From the NCBI GenBank assembly GCA_963705305.1, contig OY970067.1, positions 4,640,001 to 4,704,000 of the forward strand: a DNA stretch of 64,000 nucleotides, given 5' to 3'. This document shows, in pieces, positions 52,890 to 62,380 of this stretch (within the stretch, counting starts at the first letter, position 1; the number at the start of each line of letters is the position of its first letter). Made by a program: the position numbers and the translations under genes. Source of the DNA: an uncultured Methylomirabilota bacterium. Its GTDB lineage: Bacteria; Methylomirabilota; Methylomirabilia; Methylomirabilales; 2-02-FULL-66-22. Below the pieces are notes generated by a model that worked only from the letters and a program-made list of their open reading frames with translations, ran no database searches and was not told the DNA's origin.

Positions 52890-53195
52890 CGGGCTGCTGA
52901 AAAAGGCCCACCTGCCGAGTACCCATCTGATGGGTGCCCATCCTTCGGATGGGTACCCCGCCCGCTCGGGTACTCGTTGCGGCGCACAGGAAGTACGCCT
53001 TGACCCGCCTGTGGCGGGTGCCCCGCCCCGGGTACCCATCCCGCAGGATGGGTGACGCCGCCTTGCCGTTCGACAGGCCCTTCGACAAGCTCAGGGCGGT
53101 GAGCACAGTCGAACCGCTCACGGTCCCGAGCGAAGTCGAGGGACATCTGGACCTTTTTGAGCAGCCTGGGCGAAAACGGGCTCTTCAACATCCTC
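52890..53195. mobile_element. Non-autonomous MITE-like element (306 bp) with CTAA flanks and nested hairpins
   Basis: CTAA direct repeats at 52886-89 and 53196-99. Inverted repeat ggctgctgaaaaaggcccac (52892-911) / ctggacctttttgagcagcc (53147-166), 17/20 match. No transposase ORF. Confidence 0.7.
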
Positions 53196-53329
53196 CTAAC
53201 CGGAGACGCCGGCTGCTCGGCTTTGCGGATATTTGATTGCGGCGGTGAATCCATCCGGCGCATTCTGGATCGAAGAGAATATTGGACAAGCCCGTGCACC
53301 CCAAATCCAGCCGGGGCCCGGAAGGGACC

Positions 53330-53572
53330 ATGACCTGCCGGGAGCTGTTCGAGCGTCTCTCCGAATACTTGGACGGAGAGTTGTCCCAGGATCTCTGTCA
53401 AGAGATCCGGCGCCACCTGGATGGATGCGACCCATGCGTCAACTTTGTCCAGACCCTTCGCACGACCGCGGACCTGTGCCGGCGGCTACCATCCCGCCAG
53501 ATCCCCCCCGAAGTGGCGGCAGACCTGCGAGCCTTCCTCCGAGCCCACGTGCACCCATCGAATAAGGGTTGA
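53330..53572 (+). CDS. Zinc-binding anti-sigma factor (zf-HC2/ZAS)
   Basis: MTCRELFERLSEYLDGEL...HLDGCDPC (HxxxCxxC); soluble, 80 aa. Confidence 0.88.
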   Translation: MTCRELFERLSEYLDGELSQDLCQEIRRHLDGCDPCVNFVQTLRTTADLCRRLPSRQIPPEVAADLRAFLRAHVHPSNKG

Positions 53573-53772
53573 AAGCATCTTCTTTCTTCCGCGAGCCCGC
53601 CGGCTTTTCCACCCCACCCCTTGCGCCTCCCTGGTCCGGCCTCCTAATATGGAGTCCCTACGTCGACCTCGTCCGAAGTCAACACTCTGACCCAATTTTC
53701 TGAATCGTTTTTGGCCTTCCTGGATCGTACGAGAGAGTACAGCGGACCTCGTCTCAGGACGCGGAGGGTGCG

Positions 53773-55152
53773 ATGAAACGGTGGCGACTTGCACGGCAGA
53801 GCTGGCTGATCCTTCCCCTGCTGCTTGCGGCCACATGGGGAGGCGGGGGTGCGGCCTGGGGCGCGACCCCGCCCATCGAGGAGCTTACCCTCGTCGAGGC
53901 CGTCAAGACTGCCCTGGAGAAAAATCCGGCTCTTCGCGCCGCCACGCACCAAGCGGAGGCGGCGGCGGCCGGGGTGGACCAGGCGCGGGCCGGCTTTTTC
54001 CCACGGGTGGATTTTTCCGAGGGCTTCACACAGAGCGACAATCCCGTCTACGCCTTCGGCAGCCTGCTGAACCAGGGGCGCTTCACGCAGGCCGATTTCG
54101 CAGTGGACACGCTCAACCATCCCGACGCCATCAGCAACTGGCGGACGAACATCGGCGGGAGCCTTCCGCTGTTCATGGGAGGTCGGACCCTTCTGGGATA
54201 CCAGCAGGCGCAACTGGGATCCCAGGCCGCGGAGCAGGGGCGGGCCCGGGTGGAACAGACGGTCATCTTCGGAGTGGTCCGAGCCTATTACGCCGTGCTG
54301 CTCAGCCAGGACGCTCAGGCGACGGTCGAATCCTCCTTGCGGACGGCCGAAGCGACCTTGGCGGCCGCCGAGGCGCGGTATGAAACGGGCCTGGTCGTGG
54401 CATCGGACGCCCTGGCGGCCCGCGTGCGTGTAGCCCGGCTGCGGGAGGAGGCCATCGCCGCCGAGAACCAGGTGCGCCTCGCATACGCCGCCTTGAACGA
54501 GGCCATGGGGGTCAGGCTGGAGGCGCCCCACCGGGTCACCGGGCACCTCGAGCTTCCTCCCGTCCAATATTCTACCCTGGACAGGCTGGACGCCGTGGCG
54601 TTGAACCGCCGGCCGGACTACCTGCAGGCCACTTTCGAGGAGCAGCGGACGGAAAAGGAGGTGTGGCGGGCCAAAGGCGCGTTGCTGCCGACCCTGAATC
54701 TGGTGGGGAACTACGAGATCAACAACCACTACTTGGCCTCCGACGGGCAGGACAGCTGGAGTGTCGGCGTGCTCCTGAACCTGAATCTGTTTAACGGCGG
54801 CGCCGATCACGCCCGGCTAGTTGAAGCCGAGGCGAACTACCGGCGGGCGGTCGCCTTGCGCGAACAGCTCGCCAACGCCATCGGTCTGGAGGTCCGCGAA
54901 GCGTTCCTAACCCTCCAGACGGCCCGTCAACGCATCGGGGTGGCGCAGGAGGCCGCGCGGCAGGCGGAGGAGAGTCTGCGCATCGTCAAGGACCGGTACG
55001 AGGCCGGCCTCACCACCATCGTGGAGCTGCTGGACAGCGAGACCGCCCTGACCGCCGCCCGCACCAACGTGACGCGGACCCTCTACGACGCCACCGTCAA
55101 TCAAGCGAGGCTGCAACTCAGCCTCGGAATGCTCGACCCTGCGAGGTTTTGA
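53773..55152 (+). CDS. TolC family outer membrane efflux protein
   Basis: Signal peptide, LTLVEAVKTALEKNP, two OEP repeats (RYETGLV, RYEAGLTTIVELLD). Confidence 0.93.
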   Translation: MKRWRLARQSWLILPLLLAATWGGGGAAWGATPPIEELTLVEAVKTALEKNPALRAATHQAEAAAAGVDQARAGFFPRVDFSEGFTQSDNPVYAFGSLLNQGRFTQADFAVDTLNHPDAISNWRTNIGGSLPLFMGGRTLLGYQQAQLGSQAAEQGRARVEQTVIFGVVRAYYAVLLSQDAQATVESSLRTAEATLAAAEARYETGLVVASDALAARVRVARLREEAIAAENQVRLAYAALNEAMGVRLEAPHRVTGHLELPPVQYSTLDRLDAVALNRRPDYLQATFEEQRTEKEVWRAKGALLPTLNLVGNYEINNHYLASDGQDSWSVGVLLNLNLFNGGADHARLVEAEANYRRAVALREQLANAIGLEVREAFLTLQTARQRIGVAQEAARQAEESLRIVKDRYEAGLTTIVELLDSETALTAARTNVTRTLYDATVNQARLQLSLGMLDPARF

Positions 55153-55155
55153 GCC

Positions 55156-56361
55156 ATGCTGAGTCTGCGACGTACGCTCCTGTACGCCCTTCTGCTCCTG
55201 CCGCTGGCGGCGTGCGGGAAGGAACCGGCACGGCCGGAAAAGACCGCGGCTCCCCCCGTGGTTCGGGATGTCACGCTGGGCACGGCAACTCTCGGCGAGG
55301 TTGCGGAAACGGCCGAGGTCGTGGGCACGGTGAAGTCGCGGACGGTCACCACGGTCTCCAGCAAGATCCTGGGCCGAATCCTGCGTCTCACCGTGCGTGA
55401 AGGCAGCCTGGTCCAGTCGGGGCAGACGCTGGCGGAGCTTGACGACCAGGATATCCTGGCTCAGGTCCACCGCGCCGAGGCGGGGCTGGCCGAGGCGGAA
55501 AGCGGCGTGGCGGAGGTCGATCAGGCCATTGCGGCGGCGGTCGCAGCCCAGGCGGCGGCGGACGCGGAGCGTGATCTCGCCACGACGACCCTTTCGCGCT
55601 ACCAACGCCTGCTGGACCGCAAATCCGTGGCGCCCCAGGAGTACGATCAGGTGGCTGCGCGGCACAAGGCCGCCGTGGCCGAGGCGGAGCGCGCCGCGGC
55701 CGAACGGCAGGCGGTGGAGGCCAAGCGACGACAGGTCCTGGCCCGGATCGAGTCGGCCCGCGCCGAGGTCGCCGGCGCACGCGTCCTGCTGAGCTACGCC
55801 ACGATTGCCTCCCCCCTGGCCGGCGTGGTGACGGTCAAGCACGCGGACGTGGGCGGCATGGCGACCCCCGGCGCCCCTCTTTTGACCATCGAAGACAACC
55901 GGCACTATTGGCTGGAGATTGCGGTCCCGGACGCGCAAGCGGCCACCCTCCGTCCCCGGCAGAGCCTGCAGGCGACCGTGGAGTCGGTGGGCCTGTCCCT
56001 GGCGGCGCCGGTGAGCGAGATCCTCCCCGCCGCCGACCCGTCCACGCGGACCACGCTGGTCCGCCTCGACCTCCCTCCCCAGCCTCGGCTCCGCTCGGGC
56101 CTCTTCGGCCGCGCCTGGATCCCAGTGGGCCGAAGGCAGGCCGTCCAGGTGCCCGCCAGCGCACTCGTCGAGCGGGGCCAGCTGCAAGGGGTCTACGTGG
56201 TGGGATCGGACGGGACCGCGCGCTTCCGCCTGATCTGGACCGGCCAGACGCGTCCGGAGGGCGTCGAGGTGCTCTCCGGTCTCGTCGGCGGCGAGCGGAT
56301 TGTCGTCTCCGGCACGGCCCGGGTGACCGACGGGGCCCGGATCGAGCCTGCCAAACCCTAG
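55156..56361 (+). CDS. RND efflux periplasmic adaptor (MFP)
   Basis: Lipobox LAAC, VSSKILGRI, IASPLAGVV, ADPSTRT, VEVLSGL. Confidence 0.93.
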   Translation: MLSLRRTLLYALLLLPLAACGKEPARPEKTAAPPVVRDVTLGTATLGEVAETAEVVGTVKSRTVTTVSSKILGRILRLTVREGSLVQSGQTLAELDDQDILAQVHRAEAGLAEAESGVAEVDQAIAAAVAAQAAADAERDLATTTLSRYQRLLDRKSVAPQEYDQVAARHKAAVAEAERAAAERQAVEAKRRQVLARIESARAEVAGARVLLSYATIASPLAGVVTVKHADVGGMATPGAPLLTIEDNRHYWLEIAVPDAQAATLRPRQSLQATVESVGLSLAAPVSEILPAADPSTRTTLVRLDLPPQPRLRSGLFGRAWIPVGRRQAVQVPASALVERGQLQGVYVVGSDGTARFRLIWTGQTRPEGVEVLSGLVGGERIVVSGTARVTDGARIEPAKP

Positions 56362-56450
56362 AAACGCGCCGACGCCCCGACCCGTCGCACGACGGCGATG
56401 GCCGGGGCGGTCGTTGAGCGTACACCCGAAACCGAGGGGAACCGACCGGC

Positions 56451-59400
56451 ATGTCGCACCCAGAAACCACCGCCCCCCCGCCGGCCCGCCATGAGATCCC
56501 GTTGGGTCTGGCGGGGCGCTTGGCCCGCGCCTTCATCAACTCGCCCCTGACACCGCTGATCGTCGTGGCGTCGATCCTGCTGGGCCTCTTCGCCATCATC
56601 GCCACTCCCCGGGAAGAGGATCCGCAGATCGTCGTCCCCATGATGGATGTCTTCGTCCAGTTTCCGGGCGCCAGCGCCAAGGAGGTCGAAGAGCGGATCA
56701 GCATCCCCATGGAAAAGCTCCTCATGAACATCCCGGGGGTGAAATACGTCTACTCGACCAGCAGCCCCGGGCTGAGCTTCGTCGTCGTGCGCTTCGAGGT
56801 CGGGGAGGATCAGGAGCGGAGCATCGTCAAGGTCTACAATAAGCTCTACTCCAATTTCGACCTGATCCCTCCGGGGGCCTCCAAGCCGCTCATCAAGCCG
56901 CGTTCGATCGACGATGTGCCGATCCTCGCGCTCACCTTGTGGAGCGACCAGGTCGACGGGTACACCCTGCGACGCGTCGCGGCCCAGCTCGAAGGCCAGA
57001 TCAAGGACATCCCGGACGTCTCCGAGACCCACCTGATCGGGGGCGAGCCGCGCCAGCTCCGCGTCCTCCTGGATCCCACCAGCTTGGCGGCCCGGCACCT
57101 CTCTCCTGAGGCCGTGGCCGGAGCCCTCGTGGCCGCCAACCAGGCGGTCCAGGTCGGCAGCTACGACATGCAGAACCGGCAGGTCCTGGTGGACGCGTCC
57201 CGCTTCCTCGATCGCCCGGAGGAGATCGGCCGCCTGGTCGTCGGAGCCGACGGAGGACGTCCGGTCTATCTCCAGGATGTCGCCCGCATCCTGGACGGCC
57301 CGGCGGAAGCACAGCACTATGTCTTCTTCGGTGTCGGCCAGGCCGCGGCCGCCAAGGGGATCGGCCGCGACATGCCCGCCGGACAGGACTACCCGGCCGT
57401 CACCCTTTCCATCGCCAAGCGCCGGGGTACCAACGCCGTCGTCATCGCCGAGAATGTCCTGCACAAGGTGGAGGCGCTGAAGGGCGTCCTCATCCCCGAC
57501 AACGTCCACGTGACCGTCACCCGGGACTACGGCGAGACCGCCAACGAGAAGGCCAACGAGCTGTTCCAGCACCTGCTGCTGGCCACGGTATCGGTCACCC
57601 TGCTCATCGCCGTCTTCCTGGGGTGGCGGTCGGCCGTGGTGGTGCTCCTGGCGGTGCCGGTCACGCTGGCGCTCACGCTGTTCCTGTACTACATCTACGG
57701 CTATACCTTGAACCGCGTGACCCTCTTTGCCCTCGTCTTCTCCATCGCCATCCTGGTGGACGACGCCATCGTGGTGGTGGAGAACATCACCCGCCACTTC
57801 CATCTGCCCGAGAACCGCGGTCGGTCCCTGCTGGCGGTCGCCGTAGAGGCCGTGGCCGAGGTCGGGAACCCCACCGTGCTGGCCACCTGGGCGGTGATCG
57901 CGGCGATCCTGCCCATGGCCTTCGTGGGCGGCCTCATGGGCCCCTACATGCGCCCCATCCCGGTGGGGGCCTCGGTGGCGATGCTCTTCTCCCTCTTCAT
58001 CGCCTTCATCATCTCCCCCTGGGCGGCCTACCGCGTGCTGCGGGGGGAAAAGACTGCTCCGCACGGGGAGCACTACGAGGACTGGACCACGCGGTTGTAC
58101 CGGCGGATCATGACTCCCCTCATCCGCTCCACCTGGAAGCGCTGGGTGTTCCTGACCGGTGTGCTGGTGCTGCTCCTGGCGGCCGTCTCCATGCTCTACT
58201 TCAAGCTCGTGTACGTGAAGATGCTTCCCTTCGACAACAAGAGCGAGTTCGAGGTCATCGTGAACATGCCGGAGGGCACCTCGCTCGAGCAGACGGCGCA
58301 CGTGACCCGCGAGATCGGACAGTACCTGGCCACGGTCCCGGAGGTCACGGACTACGAGATGTACGTGGGGACGGCGGCTCCCTACAACTTCAACGGACTC
58401 GTCCGGCACTACTTCCTTCGCCAGAACCCCTACCAGGCCGGCCTGCAGGTCAACCTGCTGCCGAAGGGCCGGCGGTCCGCCCAGAGCCACGACATCGCCA
58501 AGCGGGTCCGGCCGAAGCTGGATGCCATCGCGGCCCCCTACGGCGCGCGCATCCAGGTCGCCGAGGTTCCCCCCGGTCCCCCCGTCCTCCAGACGCTGGT
58601 GGCGGAGGTGTACGGGCCGGAGTACGCGGACCAGGTGGCCATCGCCCAAAAGATCAAGGCGCTCTTCGCCAAAACGCCCGGCGTGGTGGACGTCGACTGG
58701 TACGTCGCGGATCCGCATCCCCAGGTCCGCTTCCTGGTCGACCGCGAGAAAGCCGCGCTGAGCGGGGTCACGCCCGAGGCGGTGGTCCGGACGCTCCAGC
58801 TGGCGGTAGGAGGTATGGAGGTCGGACTGCTCCACCTCCCTCGCGAGAAGGAGGACGTCAGCCTGCTGGTTCGGCTCCCGCGCGCCAACCGGTCGGGCGT
58901 CACGCCGCTCACCGACCTGAAGGTCACGGGCGCCAACGGCCGCCTGGTCTCCTTGGGCGAGATTCTCCGCCCGGAACAGGACATGCAGGGGTATGATATA
59001 TACCGGAAGAACCTGATGCCGGTCGTGTATGTCACGGGGGATGTGGCGGGAGGCGAGGAAAGCCCGGTGTACGCCATTCTCAAGATGTACCGCCCCATCG
59101 CAGGGATGCAGGTCCCGGGCGGCGGCCATCTCCGGGAGAACCTGGCCGCCCTGCCGTCCACCACCCAGCAGTTCGCCATGAAGTGGGATGGGGAATGGCA
59201 GATCACCGCCGAGGTGTTCCGCGATCTGGGTCTGGCGTTCGCGGCAGCCCTGGTGCTCATCTACATCCTGGTGGTCGGCTGGTTCCGCAACTTCGTGACA
59301 CCCATCGCCATCATGGCCCCCATCCCCCTGACGCTGGTGGGCATCCTGCCGGCCCACGCCCTGCTGGGGGCCTTCTTCACCGCCACCTCGATGATCGGCT

Positions 59401-59732
59401 TCATCGCCGGCGCCGGCATTATCGTGAGGAACTCGATCATCCTGGTGGACTTCATCGAGCTGCGTCTGGCCCAGGGTATGCCGCTGGAAGAGGCCGTGGT
59501 GGATGCCGGCGCCGTGCGGTTCCGACCCATGCTGCTCACGGCGGCGGCCGTGGTGGTGGGGGTTTCCCCCATCCTGTTCGACCCCATCTTTCAGGGAATG
59601 GCCATCTCCCTCATGGCCGGCGAGGTGGCGTCCACACTGCTGAGTCGCATGGCCGTCCCGGTCCTCTACTACATGGAGCGGCGGCACCAAGCCGCGCCGA
59701 GCGCGGCGGGGCTCAAGGCCAACGGACAATGA
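56451..59732 (+). CDS. RND (AcrB family) efflux permease
   Basis: 1093 aa; [11 protein letters not shown]4 [34 protein letters not shown]. Confidence 0.95.
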   Translation: MSHPETTAPPPARHEIPLGLAGRLARAFINSPLTPLIVVASILLGLFAIIATPREEDPQIVVPMMDVFVQFPGASAKEVEERISIPMEKLLMNIPGVKYVYSTSSPGLSFVVVRFEVGEDQERSIVKVYNKLYSNFDLIPPGASKPLIKPRSIDDVPILALTLWSDQVDGYTLRRVAAQLEGQIKDIPDVSETHLIGGEPRQLRVLLDPTSLAARHLSPEAVAGALVAANQAVQVGSYDMQNRQVLVDASRFLDRPEEIGRLVVGADGGRPVYLQDVARILDGPAEAQHYVFFGVGQAAAAKGIGRDMPAGQDYPAVTLSIAKRRGTNAVVIAENVLHKVEALKGVLIPDNVHVTVTRDYGETANEKANELFQHLLLATVSVTLLIAVFLGWRSAVVVLLAVPVTLALTLFLYYIYGYTLNRVTLFALVFSIAILVDDAIVVVENITRHFHLPENRGRSLLAVAVEAVAEVGNPTVLATWAVIAAILPMAFVGGLMGPYMRPIPVGASVAMLFSLFIAFIISPWAAYRVLRGEKTAPHGEHYEDWTTRLYRRIMTPLIRSTWKRWVFLTGVLVLLLAAVSMLYFKLVYVKMLPFDNKSEFEVIVNMPEGTSLEQTAHVTREIGQYLATVPEVTDYEMYVGTAAPYNFNGLVRHYFLRQNPYQAGLQVNLLPKGRRSAQSHDIAKRVRPKLDAIAAPYGARIQVAEVPPGPPVLQTLVAEVYGPEYADQVAIAQKIKALFAKTPGVVDVDWYVADPHPQVRFLVDREKAALSGVTPEAVVRTLQLAVGGMEVGLLHLPREKEDVSLLVRLPRANRSGVTPLTDLKVTGANGRLVSLGEILRPEQDMQGYDIYRKNLMPVVYVTGDVAGGEESPVYAILKMYRPIAGMQVPGGGHLRENLAALPSTTQQFAMKWDGEWQITAEVFRDLGLAFAAALVLIYILVVGWFRNFVTPIAIMAPIPLTLVGILPAHALLGAFFTATSMIGFIAGAGIIVRNSIILVDFIELRLAQGMPLEEAVVDAGAVRFRPMLLTAAAVVVGVSPILFDPIFQGMAISLMAGEVASTLLSRMAVPVLYYMERRHQAAPSAAGLKANGQ

Positions 59733-59842
59733 AGACCCGGCAATGGCGCAGTGAAGATTGACCATCGAGTTTCGCTGGGATCGTCGTCTTGATTTCTTGG
59801 TTCGACCTTGTCGATTTTGCATTGCACGAAGAGGGGGACCAC

Positions 59843-59995
59843 ATGGATACTCTGGGAACACTCGCGCTGATCGTGGGAATCTGGCTGGGTCTCCAGTACC
59901 TGATGCGGAAGGCCGGCCTCCCCACCTGAGGGGTTAAGGGGTGCTCGTCGAGCACCGAGACGAAAGAGGCGCCCCGGGACGAGACCAAGCCATGA
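59843..59995 (+). CDS. Putative small membrane selenoprotein (50 aa, in-frame TGA at 59927-59929, UxxxxC)
   Basis: RBS GAGGGGG, then ATG: MDTLGTLALIVGIWLGLQYLMRKAGLPT-TGA-GVKGCSSSTETKEAPRDETKP-TGA. The final stop overlaps the OsmC-like start (ATGA), and a SECIS-like hairpin follows the internal TGA. Confidence 0.68.
59930..59956 (+). promoter_or_regulatory. Candidate bacterial SECIS element
   Basis: 10 nt after the UGA: stem GGUGCUC (59940-46) / GAGCACC (59950-56) with apical loop GUC. There are 17 nt between the UGA and the loop G. Confidence 0.6.
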
Positions 59996-60462
59996 GCCCG
60001 TCGCCCGAGACGGATCAGCGGACCGTCCTGTCGCTGGAAGAGGGGTATCGGTTTCGGGTGCGGTTCGATCGGGAAGGGATTCCGGACCTGCTCACCGACG
60101 AATCGCCCCCGATTGGGGAAGACACGGGCCCCAGCCCTTCGCGCCTGCTGGCCGCCGCCATCGGCAACTGCCTGGCTGCCAGTCTCCTGTTCTGCCTGCG
60201 GAAGGCGCGCCTCGGCGTGGAGGGGCTGGAGGTCGAGGTTTTCACAACCTTCACCCGGAACCAGGCGGGTCGCTTGCGGATCGGAACGATCCAGGTCCGG
60301 TTGCACCCGAGCTGGACCGAGGAGACCGCCGCCAAGGCCCAGCGCTGCCTGGGGCTCTTTGAGGACTTCTGCCTGGTAACCGAGTCGGTCCGCCACGGGG
60401 TCCCTGTGGAAATCGCCGTGAGCGGAATCGCGATGCCGGAAGCGGATTCGGGAGGGACCTGA
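59992..60462 (+). CDS. OsmC/Ohr-like family protein
   Basis: DESPPIGEDTGPSPSRLLAAAIGNCLAASL...FEDFCLVTESV (two conserved Cys). Confidence 0.88.
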   Translation: MSPSPETDQRTVLSLEEGYRFRVRFDREGIPDLLTDESPPIGEDTGPSPSRLLAAAIGNCLAASLLFCLRKARLGVEGLEVEVFTTFTRNQAGRLRIGTIQVRLHPSWTEETAAKAQRCLGLFEDFCLVTESVRHGVPVEIAVSGIAMPEADSGGT

Positions 60463-60463
60463 G

Positions 60464-60661
60464 ATGACGCTCGAGCGCTGGATCCGTTTGATTGCAGGAA
60501 CGTTCATTCTGGTGAGCCTGGCTCTCAGCTGGCTCGTCAGCCCGTACTGGCTGCTCTTCACGGCCTTCGTGGGTCTCAACCTCTTCCAGTCGGCTCTCAC
60601 AGGCTGGTGCCTGATGGAGGATATCCTTCGCAAGGCGGGGGTCCGGGAGGGATGCGGGTGA
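60464..60661 (+). CDS. DUF2892 / YgaP-like small membrane protein
   Basis: ERWIRLIAG, FVGLNLFQSALTGWCLMEDIL. Confidence 0.88.
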   Translation: MTLERWIRLIAGTFILVSLALSWLVSPYWLLFTAFVGLNLFQSALTGWCLMEDILRKAGVREGCG

Positions 60662-61011
60662 TGGACGGTCCGCAGCCGGCCGACCCGTCGCTCCTGAGCC
60701 TGACCGCCGCCTGGCAGGCGCTCCGGCCCCTCCTGGCCCAAGAGCAGTGCCGGACCTGCGAGTGCCTGCAGGGGGCTGTCACGGAGCTCTGGCTGACGCT
60801 GGAGGATCTCCCGGTATCTGTCGACCGACCGGGGTTGCTCCGGTCCGTCGAGGGCGCCCTGCTGCGAGACGCCCCCCACTCCTGTCTCGGCTGCAACCCC
60901 TGCCAGCCGGGGAATATCCTGGCGGCTTTCTACCGCGCCCGGCAGGCCGCCACACACATGGGCGGCTGTGCTTCCAACTCATCCTGTTCGTCAGAGAAGT
61001 GTACCCTCTAG
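60661..61011 (+). CDS. Cys-rich hypothetical protein
   Basis: TGATG coupling to the upstream gene; CRTCEC and HSCLGCNPC motifs and a Cys-rich tail. Confidence 0.72.
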   Translation: MDGPQPADPSLLSLTAAWQALRPLLAQEQCRTCECLQGAVTELWLTLEDLPVSVDRPGLLRSVEGALLRDAPHSCLGCNPCQPGNILAAFYRARQAATHMGGCASNSSCSSEKCTL

Positions 61012-61020
61012 GAGAGGCCA

Positions 61021-61866
61021 ATGCCGACTACACTTACCATCATCACCGAGAACACGGTCCTGGGGAAGGGAGATGCCCTGTACGGCCAGCACGGCTTCTC
61101 GCTCTTCTTGGAGCGACCGGAGACGCGGATCCTCTTCGACACCGGCCCGGCGGGAATCGCCACCCTCCACAACGCCCCCCGACTGGGCATCGACCTCCGG
61201 AGTACGGATGCGATTGTCCTGAGCCACGGCCACCAGGACCATACCGGTGGTCTGCTGGGCGTCCTCCAGACCATCGGTAAACCGATCCGGGTGTACGCCC
61301 ACCCAGGCATCTTCGCCGACCGCTACGGAAAGCGTGCCAACGGCCGGGTCGTGCACGCCGGCATGCCCTACAAGCGCGAGGTGCTGGAGGGGTTCGGGGC
61401 ACAGTTCGATCTCTCCGCCGATTTCCGGGAGATCGCCCCCGGCATCTACCTCAGCGGCGAGGTTCCGCGTAGCTCCCCGTTCGAGACCGGTGACGCGGAG
61501 CTGTACGTCAAGCGGGAAGGCCAGCTGGTCCGCGATCCCATCGCCGACGACCAGTCCTTGGCGCTCGAGACGACGGAAGGTCTGGCTCTGATCCTGGGTT
61601 GCTGTCATGCCGGCCTCATCAACACCCTCCACCTCTTCCAAGCCAAGCTGCCGGGTCGGCGGATTCATACCGTGATCGGAGGCACCCATCTCGGTTTTGC
61701 GCCGCCCGAGCAGCTGCGCCAAACGATCGACGCTCTGAAGGCGGCGGGCGTTGCCCGGTTGAGTCTCTCGCACTGCACGGGGCTTCCTGCCGGGGCGGCG
61801 TTGGCGCGGGAACTGGGCGACGCGGTGGCTTTTTGCAACGTGGGCTACACGCTGACCCTCGCCTAG
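61021..61866 (+). CDS. MBL-fold metallo-hydrolase (COG1237-like)
   Basis: QHGFSL, LFDTG, SHGHQDHTGG, GCCHAG, IGGTHL, HCTG. Confidence 0.88.
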   Translation: MPTTLTIITENTVLGKGDALYGQHGFSLFLERPETRILFDTGPAGIATLHNAPRLGIDLRSTDAIVLSHGHQDHTGGLLGVLQTIGKPIRVYAHPGIFADRYGKRANGRVVHAGMPYKREVLEGFGAQFDLSADFREIAPGIYLSGEVPRSSPFETGDAELYVKREGQLVRDPIADDQSLALETTEGLALILGCCHAGLINTLHLFQAKLPGRRIHTVIGGTHLGFAPPEQLRQTIDALKAAGVARLSLSHCTGLPAGAALARELGDAVAFCNVGYTLTLA

Positions 61867-62067
61867 CACTGCGCCTGGCAGGGCGTTGCGACGCTTCCCG
61901 CTCGCCTGCGCGCCCCGCGGCATGAGGAACACCGACCTTGGGCCGAAGCTGCCCATGGCCGGCCCGCCCCTGCGGGCAGATTCCTCGCGCGCCCCCTACA
62001 AACCCGGCAGTCTCTCTACGATTCACTGCGGAGATCGCCCGGCCGATCCCCTCCGACTGGGCAGCCG

Positions 62068-62096
62068 TTGACAAAGAGCGACGGGAGAGATATAGA
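62068..62096 (+). promoter_or_regulatory. Putative sigma70 promoter
   Basis: TTGACA-17 nt-TATAGA, about 285 nt upstream of the next ATG. Confidence 0.5.
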
Positions 62097-62380
62097 GCTC
62101 CGCAGAGCGTGCTCCCCCCGACCCATCCGCGGCGGTCTGCGCATGTTCCGGCGCGGCCTTCCGCGATGACCAAACATGTTCAGACAGATCAGCTCTCCCT
62201 CCGGGGAAACCATGGATATCCATGTAGAATCGAATAGTTACCGGCCGTTTGAACCTGACGGCGAGAGGTTTCTCAAGCCCAGGGGGATCCGGATGTACCG
62301 GATCCGGCGTGGACCGCGACCTCCCGCGCTGGAAACCTGAGGTCGCCGGGGAAGGATGCCGCTCGGAAGGAGGGGCTGCC

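Noticed and set aside
59941..59991. GTG-started N-terminal extension of the OsmC-like ORF
   Set aside because: The region is better explained as the selenoprotein tail and SECIS, with the OsmC-like start at ATG 59992. Not fully excluded.
60659..60663. Sec read-through at the DUF2892 stop (GCG-TGA)
   Set aside because: The domain is already complete and the TGA forms a normal TGATG coupling to the next gene.
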